In this document: one piece after another, positions 32,159 through 40,409 of the stretch | Layout: each line of letters opens with the position of its first letter | Numbering within the stretch: position 1 is the first letter of the stretch | IMG/VR virus record: IMGVR_UViG_3300045988_121266 | Length of the DNA: 41,363 nucleotides | Strand: one strand, 5' to 3' | Source: a virus | Notes under the pieces: generated by a model | Told to the model about the DNA's origin: nothing | The model's database searches: none | Seen by the model: the letters and a program-made list of their open reading frames with translations, nothing else | Translations under genes and position numbers: made by a program

Positions 32159-34304
32159 GAAGATAGAACCAGCAAAGACCAGGAAAAAAGGGCATATCGC
32201 GACAGTCCAGACATTAGACGATATTGCAATCATTAATGTATTCAATGACAAGGTTCTGGCAGTGAGATACTGCATCAACTGCAAAACAGGAGAACACGAA
32301 TATTGGACCGAAAAGAATGGCTGGAAGAAAGGAAAACTCATAACAGCAATAGAAGGAAACTGGTACGAATGGGTATGGATGAAACATGATTATAAGTATC
32401 CAAAGATTGCTTCAGAGGAAGATAGAAAGAGACTCTTGGATATAACACAGGATAAATATTGCGCAAACGATGTATGGAGTCGGATAGATCACATGGAATA
32501 CAGTTACGATTATGACATTCGGCAGACTGCAGAACATAACAGAAGAGCGAAGATAAATAATTTCATGATCAAAGCACCGAAGCTTCCGAAAGATGCAGAT
32601 GAATGGTTCTTTGAAAAAACAACTGGCGAGGATTATATGTTTAAAGAAAAAGGAACAGAGAACTTCAGCTGTACAAATTGTGGAGAATCATTTGACAGAT
32701 CTGAGTTGACGCCGATACATCAGGGCAAAAAGAAAGCGACTCACAATGACATGGTGCGATGCCCGTCTTGCGGGAAACTCGTTCAGGTAAAAACGAGAAC
32801 AGATCATATCACAGCCCCCCCTGAGAGCTTATATAAACTTGATAAGATCGACGAAACAGCAAGTGTATTAAGAATCTTCCGTGTAGATATCGAATGGGAT
32901 TCCGGAAGGCATCGGATAGAAATTGATGAAGAAATACGCATTGTGATATACAAACAGGACCTCTTTAAGAGCAATAGATACAATTACAAGATTTTTTACA
33001 ATATCCCATGGGAAGGATGGCATAAAAGCAACAACCTGAATTACCGGGCACGGGATGGCTATATGTATCCTGGAGATTACAAGGGAACGCTGAAGAACAC
33101 CGCTTATGAAGATGGCACAAGGATCGTGGAATTCCTGGCAGCAGCCGGTTGGAAATTAAACTACAACCGTCTGCTATCCGGAGTATACCAGGTAAAAGGT
33201 TACGCAGAAAAGATAGAATATCTGGCCAAAGGACGATTCCGGAATCTACTGAGAGAAACTGTTGCATGTACAGAATATCCGGGATGGAACATGGCATACT
33301 ACGGACCATTAGACATAAGGGCAAAGAACATAAACAAAATGTTCTACATCAACGATCGGCAAAAAATCAACCGGATCCGTGACGAAAACGGCGGAAATGA
33401 AATGGTTCGCTGGATGCAATATTCAGACGAAACAGGAGAAAAGATACCGACAGAAACTCTGAGATGGCTGCTGAGATGTGGACTTGGGCCGGAGGATATT
33501 AGATATCATGCCGGAAAGTATCTGAGCACTACACAGCTGATGAATTACATCAGCAGGCAGCAGAAAGAACAGTATCCGGGATTCACGGAAGAAGCTGTCC
33601 TGGAGCAGTACAACGACTATCTGAGCATGTGTAAAGCATGCAACAAGAATATGCAGGACGAGCTTACATATCGGCCGAGAGAGCTGAAAAGACGGCATGA
33701 TGAAATTGTGATCGATAAACAACAGATGGATATTCTGAAAGAAATGATGGCAAGCCAGGCAGAAAGAGAACAATATGCTCAGGAAATGCGGGAGAAATAC
33801 CCGACAGCAGAGCAGACCTTACACGAGATCAAAGAGCGCTATGAGTACGAAAACGAAGAATACAAGATCATCGTACCGGAATCACTGGTGGATATCGTAA
33901 AAGAAGGACGTGCCCTGCATCATTGCGCCGGCAGCAGTGAGCGGTATTTTGACAGGATCGAGACAAGAGAAACCTATATCTGTTTCTTGAGAAGAAAAGA
34001 ACAGGAAGGCGTGCCGTTCTACACGATTGAGGTTGAGCCATCCGGAACGATCAGACAGCACCGGAGCTACATGGATGAAGAACCGGGAATTGAACAGATC
34101 AGAGATTTCCTGAAGGAATGGCAGAGAGTTCTGAAGAAACGTCTGACCAAAGCAGACAAGGAGCTGGCCAAGATCAGCAAAGAGAAGAGAAATGCAAATA
34201 TAGAAGATCTGAAAGCAAAGAACAATACAAGAGTCCTGCAGGGACTGGCAGAAGACTTCATGGACGCAGAAGAAATCGAAGAATTATTAGAAAAGGCGGT
34301 ATAA
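32139..34304 (+). CDS. PcfJ-like domain protein with an internal zinc ribbon
   Basis: 721 aa. The C-terminal LVDIVKEGRALHHCAGSSERYFDRIETRETYICFLRRKEQEGVPFYTIEVEPSGTIRQHRSY matches the PcfJ-like pattern. The zinc ribbon is CTNCG...CPSCG. Confidence 0.75.
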   Translation: MKRKAIEKIEPAKTRKKGHIATVQTLDDIAIINVFNDKVLAVRYCINCKTGEHEYWTEKNGWKKGKLITAIEGNWYEWVWMKHDYKYPKIASEEDRKRLLDITQDKYCANDVWSRIDHMEYSYDYDIRQTAEHNRRAKINNFMIKAPKLPKDADEWFFEKTTGEDYMFKEKGTENFSCTNCGESFDRSELTPIHQGKKKATHNDMVRCPSCGKLVQVKTRTDHITAPPESLYKLDKIDETASVLRIFRVDIEWDSGRHRIEIDEEIRIVIYKQDLFKSNRYNYKIFYNIPWEGWHKSNNLNYRARDGYMYPGDYKGTLKNTAYEDGTRIVEFLAAAGWKLNYNRLLSGVYQVKGYAEKIEYLAKGRFRNLLRETVACTEYPGWNMAYYGPLDIRAKNINKMFYINDRQKINRIRDENGGNEMVRWMQYSDETGEKIPTETLRWLLRCGLGPEDIRYHAGKYLSTTQLMNYISRQQKEQYPGFTEEAVLEQYNDYLSMCKACNKNMQDELTYRPRELKRRHDEIVIDKQQMDILKEMMASQAEREQYAQEMREKYPTAEQTLHEIKERYEYENEEYKIIVPESLVDIVKEGRALHHCAGSSERYFDRIETRETYICFLRRKEQEGVPFYTIEVEPSGTIRQHRSYMDEEPGIEQIRDFLKEWQRVLKKRLTKADKELAKISKEKRNANIEDLKAKNNTRVLQGLAEDFMDAEEIEELLEKAV

Positions 34305-34305
34305 G

Positions 34306-35691
34306 ATGGACGAGCTTATAAATTACAACGGGTATGAAGAGTTTAAACAGGCAGTAAACAGAGTATTAAACAGAACGGTGGAGGACTTTGTCCTCACCGG
34401 TTATCTGCTGAAACAGGCAAGAGATACAGACATTCTTCAAGGTTCCGGATATGCAGATGAAAAAGAATTTGCCTGGAGCGAATACAAACTGGACACCTCT
34501 CAGGTATCGAGATATATAAAAATCAACGATAAATTTTCAGAAGGTGGCTATTCCCCGAAACTGCAGGACCAGTACCAGGGGTTCGGTTATGCGAAACTTG
34601 CATTAATGTTGACACTTCCGGAAGAAGTAGTAGAAGAATTGACACCTACATACAGCAAAACAGAGATTCAGGCAGTAAAAGAGGAAATCGAAGAGGAAGA
34701 GAAAATCACAGATATCGAAGTAATCCTGGAAGGACAGAAGGAAGAACAGAAAGACCTCGGCAATCTGGAAAAAGCATTGCACCAAATATTCCATGATGAA
34801 CCGGAATTATATAAAACTATGTACGAAACAGTACGGACAACCTGCGGAACAAAATATCTGCAGGAAGTACTTGCACCGGATGGAGATAAGATCTACAGCA
34901 CACGCATTCAGGGAATTGGACGGATTATGCTCTATATGCATGAGTCGAAAGATATTACATTGCACATGGTCCGGTCGGGAGATAAAGAGTTCTATTCCTG
35001 GGACGATGCATTGAGCTACTGCACAATGATCACAGACGGCGAAGATGCGGAAAAGACCTGGGAAGAGGTGTATGGAGAAGAATTCCCGAAAAAAGAAGAA
35101 ATTGCACCGGTGCAACCGAAAAAGAGAAAAGAATCCAAGGTGGTAAAAGCGAAGAAACCAGAACGGAAATCTATAAAAACGGAACGATCGGAAACAAAAC
35201 CAGCAGAACCACAAACAAAACAGCCGGATCCACCGACAAAAAGCGAGGAATTACCAACAAAAAATGAAGAAAAACAAACTGAGACACCTGACACCACTGC
35301 AGTACCTGCAGAAACAAAAGAGAAAGAGTCAGAAAAGGCAGAAGAAACTCCGGAAACAAAAACCGAGTTCCAACAGGAAATTACTGATGAAACTCAGATT
35401 CCGGGGCAGACAGAATTAATCAAAGATTTCCCGGAATACTGCCCGCCGGATATGAATACTCCGGAACAACAGGATCAATCAGAAGTCAAGCCGGCATATG
35501 CTACAAGAAGAATATATATAGCATCTGTCGATGCCGATACGGCAGCAGAATACATGGGAAAAGCCATGGAAAAGGCAATCCGTAATATGCCGGGAGTAAG
35601 TTTCGGAGTCTTGACGAAGGAATCATTCTGGAAAGAATTCTTCGAAACCGAGGTTGATCGGAATGGAGCTGAGATTGAATGTGTGAATTAA
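34306..35691 (+). CDS. Hypothetical protein with a central Pro/Glu/Lys/Thr-rich disordered linker (possible DNA-binding N-terminus)
   Basis: 461 aa. The low-complexity region is ...KKPERKSIKTERSETKPAEPQTKQPDPPTKSEELPTKNEEKQTETPD.... Function is not recognisable. Confidence 0.7.
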   Translation: MDELINYNGYEEFKQAVNRVLNRTVEDFVLTGYLLKQARDTDILQGSGYADEKEFAWSEYKLDTSQVSRYIKINDKFSEGGYSPKLQDQYQGFGYAKLALMLTLPEEVVEELTPTYSKTEIQAVKEEIEEEEKITDIEVILEGQKEEQKDLGNLEKALHQIFHDEPELYKTMYETVRTTCGTKYLQEVLAPDGDKIYSTRIQGIGRIMLYMHESKDITLHMVRSGDKEFYSWDDALSYCTMITDGEDAEKTWEEVYGEEFPKKEEIAPVQPKKRKESKVVKAKKPERKSIKTERSETKPAEPQTKQPDPPTKSEELPTKNEEKQTETPDTTAVPAETKEKESEKAEETPETKTEFQQEITDETQIPGQTELIKDFPEYCPPDMNTPEQQDQSEVKPAYATRRIYIASVDADTAAEYMGKAMEKAIRNMPGVSFGVLTKESFWKEFFETEVDRNGAEIECVN

Positions 35692-36044
35692 TGTTTCCGA
35701 AGCCAACCAAGAAGAAAAAAAGAAAGCACCATCCAGCTCCGATCGTGGACACCGTAAAAGGCGAATGCTTCCTGTGCCGACTGGAAGGCATCCGCCGGCA
35801 GCAGTACACAGAAGAACACCATGTATTCTACGGTGGCGGATTAAGACAGGTAAGCGAAGAGAATGGCTTCAAAGCCTATCTGTGTCCGGCTCATCACAAA
35901 GACGGACCGAGGGCAGTACATAACTGCAGAGAGACCAGAGAACTGTTATGCCGGATATTCCAGAGAAAGTATGAAGAAACCCATACGAGAGAAGAATTCA
36001 GAGCATTAGGCATAAAGAATTACTTGGAGGATGAAAATGGATAG
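35679..36044 (+). CDS. Cys/His-rich putative nuclease-like protein (HNH/NinG-like; function uncertain)
   Basis: The sequence is MFPKPTKKKKRKHH...CFLC...EEHHVFYGGG...LCPAHHKDGPRAVHN. An alternative start is ATG 35691, which overlaps the upstream TAA (TAATG). Confidence 0.6.
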   Translation: MCELMFPKPTKKKKRKHHPAPIVDTVKGECFLCRLEGIRRQQYTEEHHVFYGGGLRQVSEENGFKAYLCPAHHKDGPRAVHNCRETRELLCRIFQRKYEETHTREEFRALGIKNYLEDENG

Positions 36045-36540
36045 AGAGATATTATTTAAAGCAAAGCATGAACATGTAGTAGTCGCAAATAAAGACCTGG
36101 AAGGGCAATGGGTAGAAGGTCTTCTCTGGGATGAAGACTATATTTATAGCAAAGACCTGGAATGCGAAATGCTAATTGACAAAAATACCATTTGCGCCTA
36201 TACGGGATTGCATGACAAGAACGGCAAAAGAATATGGGAAAACGATATCCTGATGTGTCACGACAATCCGAAAGATCTTGTAAAAGCAGTATTCGGAGAG
36301 TTTAACGTCATAGAAGTGGAAAGCGAAGAAGTAATAGACAGTGTAATTGGATGGCATTACGAAGTGATTCCGACGGATGCGCTCAGCAAGTGTGAACCGT
36401 TCTGCTACTCAATGCCATTAACAGACACGTATATTATGCTGAATGAGATGGAAGTGATAGGCAATATATTTGATGATCCGGAATTGCTTGAAGAAAGGGA
36501 TAGAAAAGATGAAAGAATGGAAGAAACAGAAAGAATATGA
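36037..36540 (+). CDS. YopX-family protein
   Basis: ILFKAK...AYTGLHDKNGKRIWENDIL...EVIGNIFDDPELLEE are hallmark YopX motifs. ATG 36037 is 6 nt after GGAGG, and the ORF is open from 36031. Confidence 0.85.
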   Translation: MDREILFKAKHEHVVVANKDLEGQWVEGLLWDEDYIYSKDLECEMLIDKNTICAYTGLHDKNGKRIWENDILMCHDNPKDLVKAVFGEFNVIEVESEEVIDSVIGWHYEVIPTDALSKCEPFCYSMPLTDTYIMLNEMEVIGNIFDDPELLEERDRKDERMEETERI

Positions 36541-36814
36541 CGGAACAAATTCATATACGCTTATATTCGGCCACCATCTGAACAAGCCAAAGAACATTCT
36601 GTGTTTATTCAGAGGAGAAATGACTGATGATTGGTATACAACATCGAGCGTGCTTAGAACTAATTGGACATGGTTAGCATCTGGAACAACAACGGATGAT
36701 GAAGCGAAACTTTTGGTAGAGGAAATGATACAGGAACACTATGAAAACGAAATAGGATATTACCAAGAAATACTGGATGAATTCGAACGGGGTGATAAAA
36801 ATGAGACTGATTGA
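36509..36814 (+). CDS. Hypothetical protein
   Basis: About 101 aa from ATG 36509 (the ORF is open from 36470). Co-oriented and overlaps its neighbours. Confidence 0.55.
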   Translation: MKEWKKQKEYDGTNSYTLIFGHHLNKPKNILCLFRGEMTDDWYTTSSVLRTNWTWLASGTTTDDEAKLLVEEMIQEHYENEIGYYQEILDEFERGDKNETD

Positions 36815-37190
36815 TGCTGATGCAGAGATAAAGAAAATCGAAGAAGAAATCGAGCGGTCATACAAAGTCATTGACCGATGGAGATCAGGAGGAATGCCTG
36901 GCAGCAGTCTATATGACATAGACGAAAAGGTACGAAGAATTGAGAAAAACATAGAAAATTGCAGAATAGAAATCAAAATGCTGAAAAGCTACACTACAGC
37001 ATACAATCCAGAAGCAATTGTAAAGAAACTGGAAGGCAAGATAGAATATGCCGGAAGATTAATGGTAGAAAAACCGGCGGATAAGCTTGATGAAATTGCC
37101 AATAATACAGCAGAAGATTACATACAGGCATATACAGAAGCGATCGAATTGGTGAAAGGCGGTGGAAACATTGAACAGCCAGGAATATGA
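36801..37190 (+). CDS. Hypothetical protein
   Basis: 129 aa from ATG 36801 (MRLIDADAEIKKIEEEI...), coiled-coil-like. The ORF is open from 36777. Confidence 0.6.
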   Translation: MRLIDADAEIKKIEEEIERSYKVIDRWRSGGMPGSSLYDIDEKVRRIEKNIENCRIEIKMLKSYTTAYNPEAIVKKLEGKIEYAGRLMVEKPADKLDEIANNTAEDYIQAYTEAIELVKGGGNIEQPGI

Positions 37191-37332
37191 CCAGATAGAA
37201 GAAGCGGCCAATAGACTGCAACACGAAGCAAGTGTCAAATGCAGCAGAGAGCTTGAAAAAGCCCAGAAGTATAAAGAAGGTTATACACAGGGAGTAGAGG
37301 ATCTGCTGAGATGCATAAGAAGAGGTGAATGA
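37171..37332 (+). CDS. Possible 53-aa hypothetical protein
   Basis: TTG start after GGTGGA. The sequence is helical: NSQEYDQIEEAANRLQHEASVKCSRELEKAQKYKEGYTQGVEDLLRCIRRGE. Confidence 0.35.
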   Translation: MNSQEYDQIEEAANRLQHEASVKCSRELEKAQKYKEGYTQGVEDLLRCIRRGE

Positions 37333-37333
37333 C

Positions 37334-37465
37334 ATGGAGATAAAAGAAAAATTAAAACACTGGTCCATAATGGTACTGACAAACCGGTGCCTGGGATGCT
37401 GCTTATTCTGCGAATGGTGGGATATGTGTAAATGGGAAACGGAGGACAGGAGAAAGAAATCATGA
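37334..37465 (+). CDS. Possible 43-aa Cys/Trp-rich peptide
   Basis: AAGAGGTGA lies 5 nt upstream of the ATG. The sequence is MEIKEKLKHWSIMVLTNRCLGCCLFCEWWDMCKWETEDRRKKS. Confidence 0.4.
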   Translation: MEIKEKLKHWSIMVLTNRCLGCCLFCEWWDMCKWETEDRRKKS

Positions 37466-37524
37466 TACAGAAACACCCAAAAGATTGGCATGAAGTACTT
37501 ACAAAAGAAACGGAGAGATAAAGA

Positions 37525-38220
37525 ATGAGTTTACAAGAATGGGCAAAAAATGAAGTTGAAATCGCATGCAAAAGAGAAAATCCGGATAGAAAAGAAGGCG
37601 AATTTGATTATGGATGCGCTTGCTACGAAAGTGCATTAAAGGCATTTGAGAGCTTATGCGAAGATGGTCACAGTGGTATGAGTATCGGATTCACAAAACA
37701 GATTTTGAATAGACTGATCGATGGAAAGCCACTGACTCCGATAGAAGATACAGAGGAAATGTGGAAAAGATCATGGACAGATGAGAAAGGAAAACATTAT
37801 CAGTGTTCGAGAATGAGTAGCTTGTTTAAAACAGTAACTCCGAATGGAGAAATAAAGTATTCAGACATTAATAGGTGTTACTGTGTTAATCGCAATCATC
37901 CTAATTATGGATACCACAATGGATTTATCGGAAGTATATATGATGCGATGTATCCGATCACGATGCCATACGCACCGGCGGATAAACCGGACAAAATAGT
38001 TTGTGATGAGTTACTCACAGATCCTAAAAATGGAGATTATGATACAAAAGCAATAATTTACATAGAAAAACCGGATGGGAAGAAAGTGAAAATAAACAGA
38101 TATTTTAAAGAATCCGAAGAATCATTTAAGGAAATATCATGGTTAGAATATCAAATCCGCAGATACAAAGACTGGAGAAGGAGGAAGTGGTTAGGAAATG
38201 ACGAGGAAAGACATTCTTAA
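37525..38220 (+). CDS. Conserved phage hypothetical protein
   Basis: 231 aa with RBS ACGGAGAG. MSLQEWAKNEVEIACKRENPD...GCACYESALKAFESLCEDGHSGMSIGFTKQILNRLIDGKPLTPIED resembles a recurrent phage family of unknown function. Confidence 0.75.
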   Translation: MSLQEWAKNEVEIACKRENPDRKEGEFDYGCACYESALKAFESLCEDGHSGMSIGFTKQILNRLIDGKPLTPIEDTEEMWKRSWTDEKGKHYQCSRMSSLFKTVTPNGEIKYSDINRCYCVNRNHPNYGYHNGFIGSIYDAMYPITMPYAPADKPDKIVCDELLTDPKNGDYDTKAIIYIEKPDGKKVKINRYFKESEESFKEISWLEYQIRRYKDWRRRKWLGNDEERHS

Positions 38221-38401
38221 AAAATACGGATTCAGCTGGATGAGCAATGTCAACCTGAAGGAAGAACTTTCGGAACAGGCGGCAGCAGAATTTGAAGATT
38301 TGATAAGAAACCTGGCCGAACATAACCGTGGACCAGCACCACCAGAAACAGGCTGGAAGAAACGGATGTACAACCAATTCATGAAAGGAGCAGGCAGATG
38401 A
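38198..38401 (+). CDS. Hypothetical protein
   Basis: 67-aa ORF that overlaps the upstream gene's end. Co-oriented. Confidence 0.5.
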   Translation: MTRKDILKKYGFSWMSNVNLKEELSEQAAAEFEDLIRNLAEHNRGPAPPETGWKKRMYNQFMKGAGR

Positions 38402-38565
38402 CACGAAACATGATCATCGGGATATGGCTAACAGCATTCCTGCACCCTGTAATTTTCCCATGCGTCCTACACACAGCAAAGGAGATGGAAAAATGGTGGG
38501 ACAAGAAGAGAGTACTGTGGCACGTAGAGCAGCTCCGGAAGATAGAAGAAAAATATAAAGAATAG
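38398..38565 (+). CDS. Possible 55-aa membrane protein
   Basis: ATGA overlap with the upstream stop. It has a TM helix (MIIGIWLTAFLHPVIFPCVL) followed by a charged tail. Confidence 0.5.
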   Translation: MTRNMIIGIWLTAFLHPVIFPCVLHTAKEMEKWWDKKRVLWHVEQLRKIEEKYKE

Positions 38566-38610
38566 CACCAACTGGCATTGTATCACGAATAACCAGTCAA
38601 CATAGAATTC

Positions 38611-38630
38611 CCTCCGGCATCGGCCGGAGG
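38611..38630 (+). promoter_or_regulatory. GC-rich stem-loop directly 5' of an AGAAAGGAG RBS
   Basis: CCTCCGGC-atcg-GCCGGAGG forms a perfect 8-bp stem. It is immediately followed by AGAAAGGAGAGG and GTG 38645. Confidence 0.45.
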
Positions 38631-38644
38631 AGAAAGGAGAGGCC

Positions 38645-38833
38645 GTGGCAAAAGAAGTTAAGGAGTCTCCGAATAAAGACAGACACCTGTGTAAGAAATG
38701 CGTCTACAGGTCAGGGAGAACCGGAATGGGACGCTGTAACTATATCGCAGTTGCAGGACACAGCAGAGGCTGTAAGCCGGAAGAATGCACAGTATTTGTA
38801 AAGGGGAGGAAGCGCAAGAAAGCGCTGTGGTAA
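38645..38833 (+). CDS. Small Cys-rich basic protein (zinc-finger-like)
   Basis: 62 aa with a GTG start. The Cys pattern is CKKCVYRSG...RCNY...GCKPEEC. Confidence 0.6.
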   Translation: MAKEVKESPNKDRHLCKKCVYRSGRTGMGRCNYIAVAGHSRGCKPEECTVFVKGRKRKKALW

Positions 38834-38842
38834 AAAACATGT

Positions 38843-38856
38843 GTGCGATATCGCAC
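38843..38856. promoter_or_regulatory. Copy D of the recurrent palindrome (GTGCGATATCGCAC, perfect)
   Basis: It directly abuts AGAAAGGAG, the RBS of the ORF starting at 38870. Confidence 0.5.
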
Positions 38857-38869
38857 AGAAAGGAGAACC

Positions 38870-39061
38870 ATGAATCATGAAGGTTATCAGGATCCGACAG
38901 CAGAAAGGGCGTTGCGCAGACACAACCAGATGCCCTACCATATGCGCAGGGCACTGACCGATCTGCAAGACATAGCAAGTTTGTTTGGATTTGATATCAT
39001 AACAATCAAGGACAGGCGGACGGGGAGGAAGTATAGAGTTGAAGAGAAGACCGATCAATAA
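38870..39061 (+). CDS. Small hypothetical protein
   Basis: 63 aa from ATG 38870 (MNHEGYQDPTAERALRRHNQMPYHMRRALTDLQDIASLFGFDIITIKDRRTGRKY). The track's GTG 38843 start lies inside the palindrome and is unlikely. Confidence 0.6.
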   Translation: MNHEGYQDPTAERALRRHNQMPYHMRRALTDLQDIASLFGFDIITIKDRRTGRKYRVEEKTDQ

Positions 39062-39446
39062 AGATAAATATGGAATCAGCAAACACAGGTATCTGGAGGT
39101 CATACATCATTGCTTACAATATCCGGAATGGCGGGAAGAACTTGAAAATATGACAGATACTGTGAAAGCAATACAATATGGCCAAGAAGGAAAGGGGAGT
39201 CCAAGCCAGGCATCGGCTACAGAATGCCTGGCTATCAAACGTGCGGAGCTACAGGAAAAATGTGAACGAATCGAGCAGACAGCAATAGAGGCGGATGCAG
39301 ATATCTATCAGTGGTTATTAGAAGGGGTTACCACAGATTATGCGACTTACATATACCTTCGGGATGCCAAAGGGCTCCCGTGCGGGAATCAGAAATATTA
39401 CAGAGCAAGGAGGAAATTTTACTGGTTGATGTCAAAAAAAATATAA
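39039..39446 (+). CDS. Putative late-gene transcriptional regulator (RinA/ArpU/sigma-region-4-like)
   Basis: 135 aa with a TTG start 7 nt after GGAGGAAG. ISKHRYLEVIHHCLQYPEWREELENM ... AIKRAELQEKCERIEQTAIEA ... YYRARRKFYWLMSKK matches the pattern of small activators found just upstream of terminase genes. Confidence 0.55.
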   Translation: MKRRPINKDKYGISKHRYLEVIHHCLQYPEWREELENMTDTVKAIQYGQEGKGSPSQASATECLAIKRAELQEKCERIEQTAIEADADIYQWLLEGVTTDYATYIYLRDAKGLPCGNQKYYRARRKFYWLMSKKI

Positions 39447-39533
39447 AACACACAAAACATCACCACTCACGGCACATAAAAGTGTGTTATTATGATATTG
39501 TCCGAAAATTGAAAAGGACATATTCACCCTGAA

Positions 39534-39563
39534 GGTGGCAGCAGATGATGCTGCCACCTTTTT
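39534..39563 (+). terminator. Strong rho-independent terminator upstream of terS
   Basis: GGTGGCAGCA-gatga-TGCTGCCACC forms a perfect 10-bp stem followed by TTTTTA. Confidence 0.85.
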
Positions 39564-39638
39564 ACGTGAAAATAAAAGATAAAACGAGATTGTTGAAAGA
39601 TAAAAATCAAAAACGAAATGAATGAGGGGTGGTGAGGC

Positions 39639-40409
39639 GTGGCAAGAGCACCTGATCAGAGGGCTGTTGAAGCAAAAGAATTATATGACAAAGGGATGAA
39701 ATTAATTGAGATTGCTAAGAAACTGGATGTTCCGGTTGGGACAGTCCGGAGCTGGAAGAACAGACAGTGCTGGGATAATGCAACGTTGCAAAAGAAAAAA
39801 CGCAACGTTGCGAAAAAAAGAGGCGGTCAGCCGGGGAACAAAAATGCCAAAGGACATGGCGGGACAGGACCGCTGGGAAACAAGAATGCAGTTAAGACAG
39901 GAGAGTTCGAAACTCTCTTTTTTGATACCCTGAATCCGGAAGAACTGCAGCTGGCCGAGACGATTGGACTCGACAAAGAGCAACTGCTTTTACAAGAAAT
40001 ACAGCTACTTACGGTTCGTGAATACCGCATGTTGCACCGAATAGAAGCATTGAAAAATGCTGAAACACAGCAAAACGAGGATGAGAAGTCGCCACCGGGG
40101 ATGACGGTAGTAAAATACACCGATGGACTGGAAAAAGGAGACTGTACAGAACTAAAAGAATATGCCGGAATACTTGGACAGATACAGCAGATAGAAGATG
40201 CACTCACGAGGGTACAGGCCAAGAAACAGAAAGCAATCGAAACTATCCATAAGTTTGGCTACGATGATGCCAAGTTAGAACTTGCTACGATGCAGTTAGA
40301 ACTCCAGATCATGAAACAGGATGGAGGATCGCATGAAACAGCGGACGACGGATTCATGGATGCCATGAACGCTACAGCTTCAGAAGTTTGGGGTGATCAG
40401 GATGTATGA
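39639..40409 (+). CDS. terS: Terminase small subunit
   Basis: 256 aa with a GTG start after GAGGGGTGGTGAGG. It has an N-terminal HTH (MKLIEIAKKLDVPVGTVRSWKNR), repeated GNKNA motifs (GGQPGNKNAKGHGG..GNKNAVKTG) and a coiled coil. It overlaps the terL start. Confidence 0.85.
   Translation: MARAPDQRAVEAKELYDKGMKLIEIAKKLDVPVGTVRSWKNRQCWDNATLQKKKRNVAKKRGGQPGNKNAKGHGGTGPLGNKNAVKTGEFETLFFDTLNPEELQLAETIGLDKEQLLLQEIQLLTVREYRMLHRIEALKNAETQQNEDEKSPPGMTVVKYTDGLEKGDCTELKEYAGILGQIQQIEDALTRVQAKKQKAIETIHKFGYDDAKLELATMQLELQIMKQDGGSHETADDGFMDAMNATASEVWGDQDV

Noticed and set aside
31603-32341. Two overlapping minus-strand ORFs (208 aa and 194 aa).
   Set aside because: They are antisense to tightly coupled + strand early genes, have Ser/Pro/Leu-rich composition and lack translation signals.
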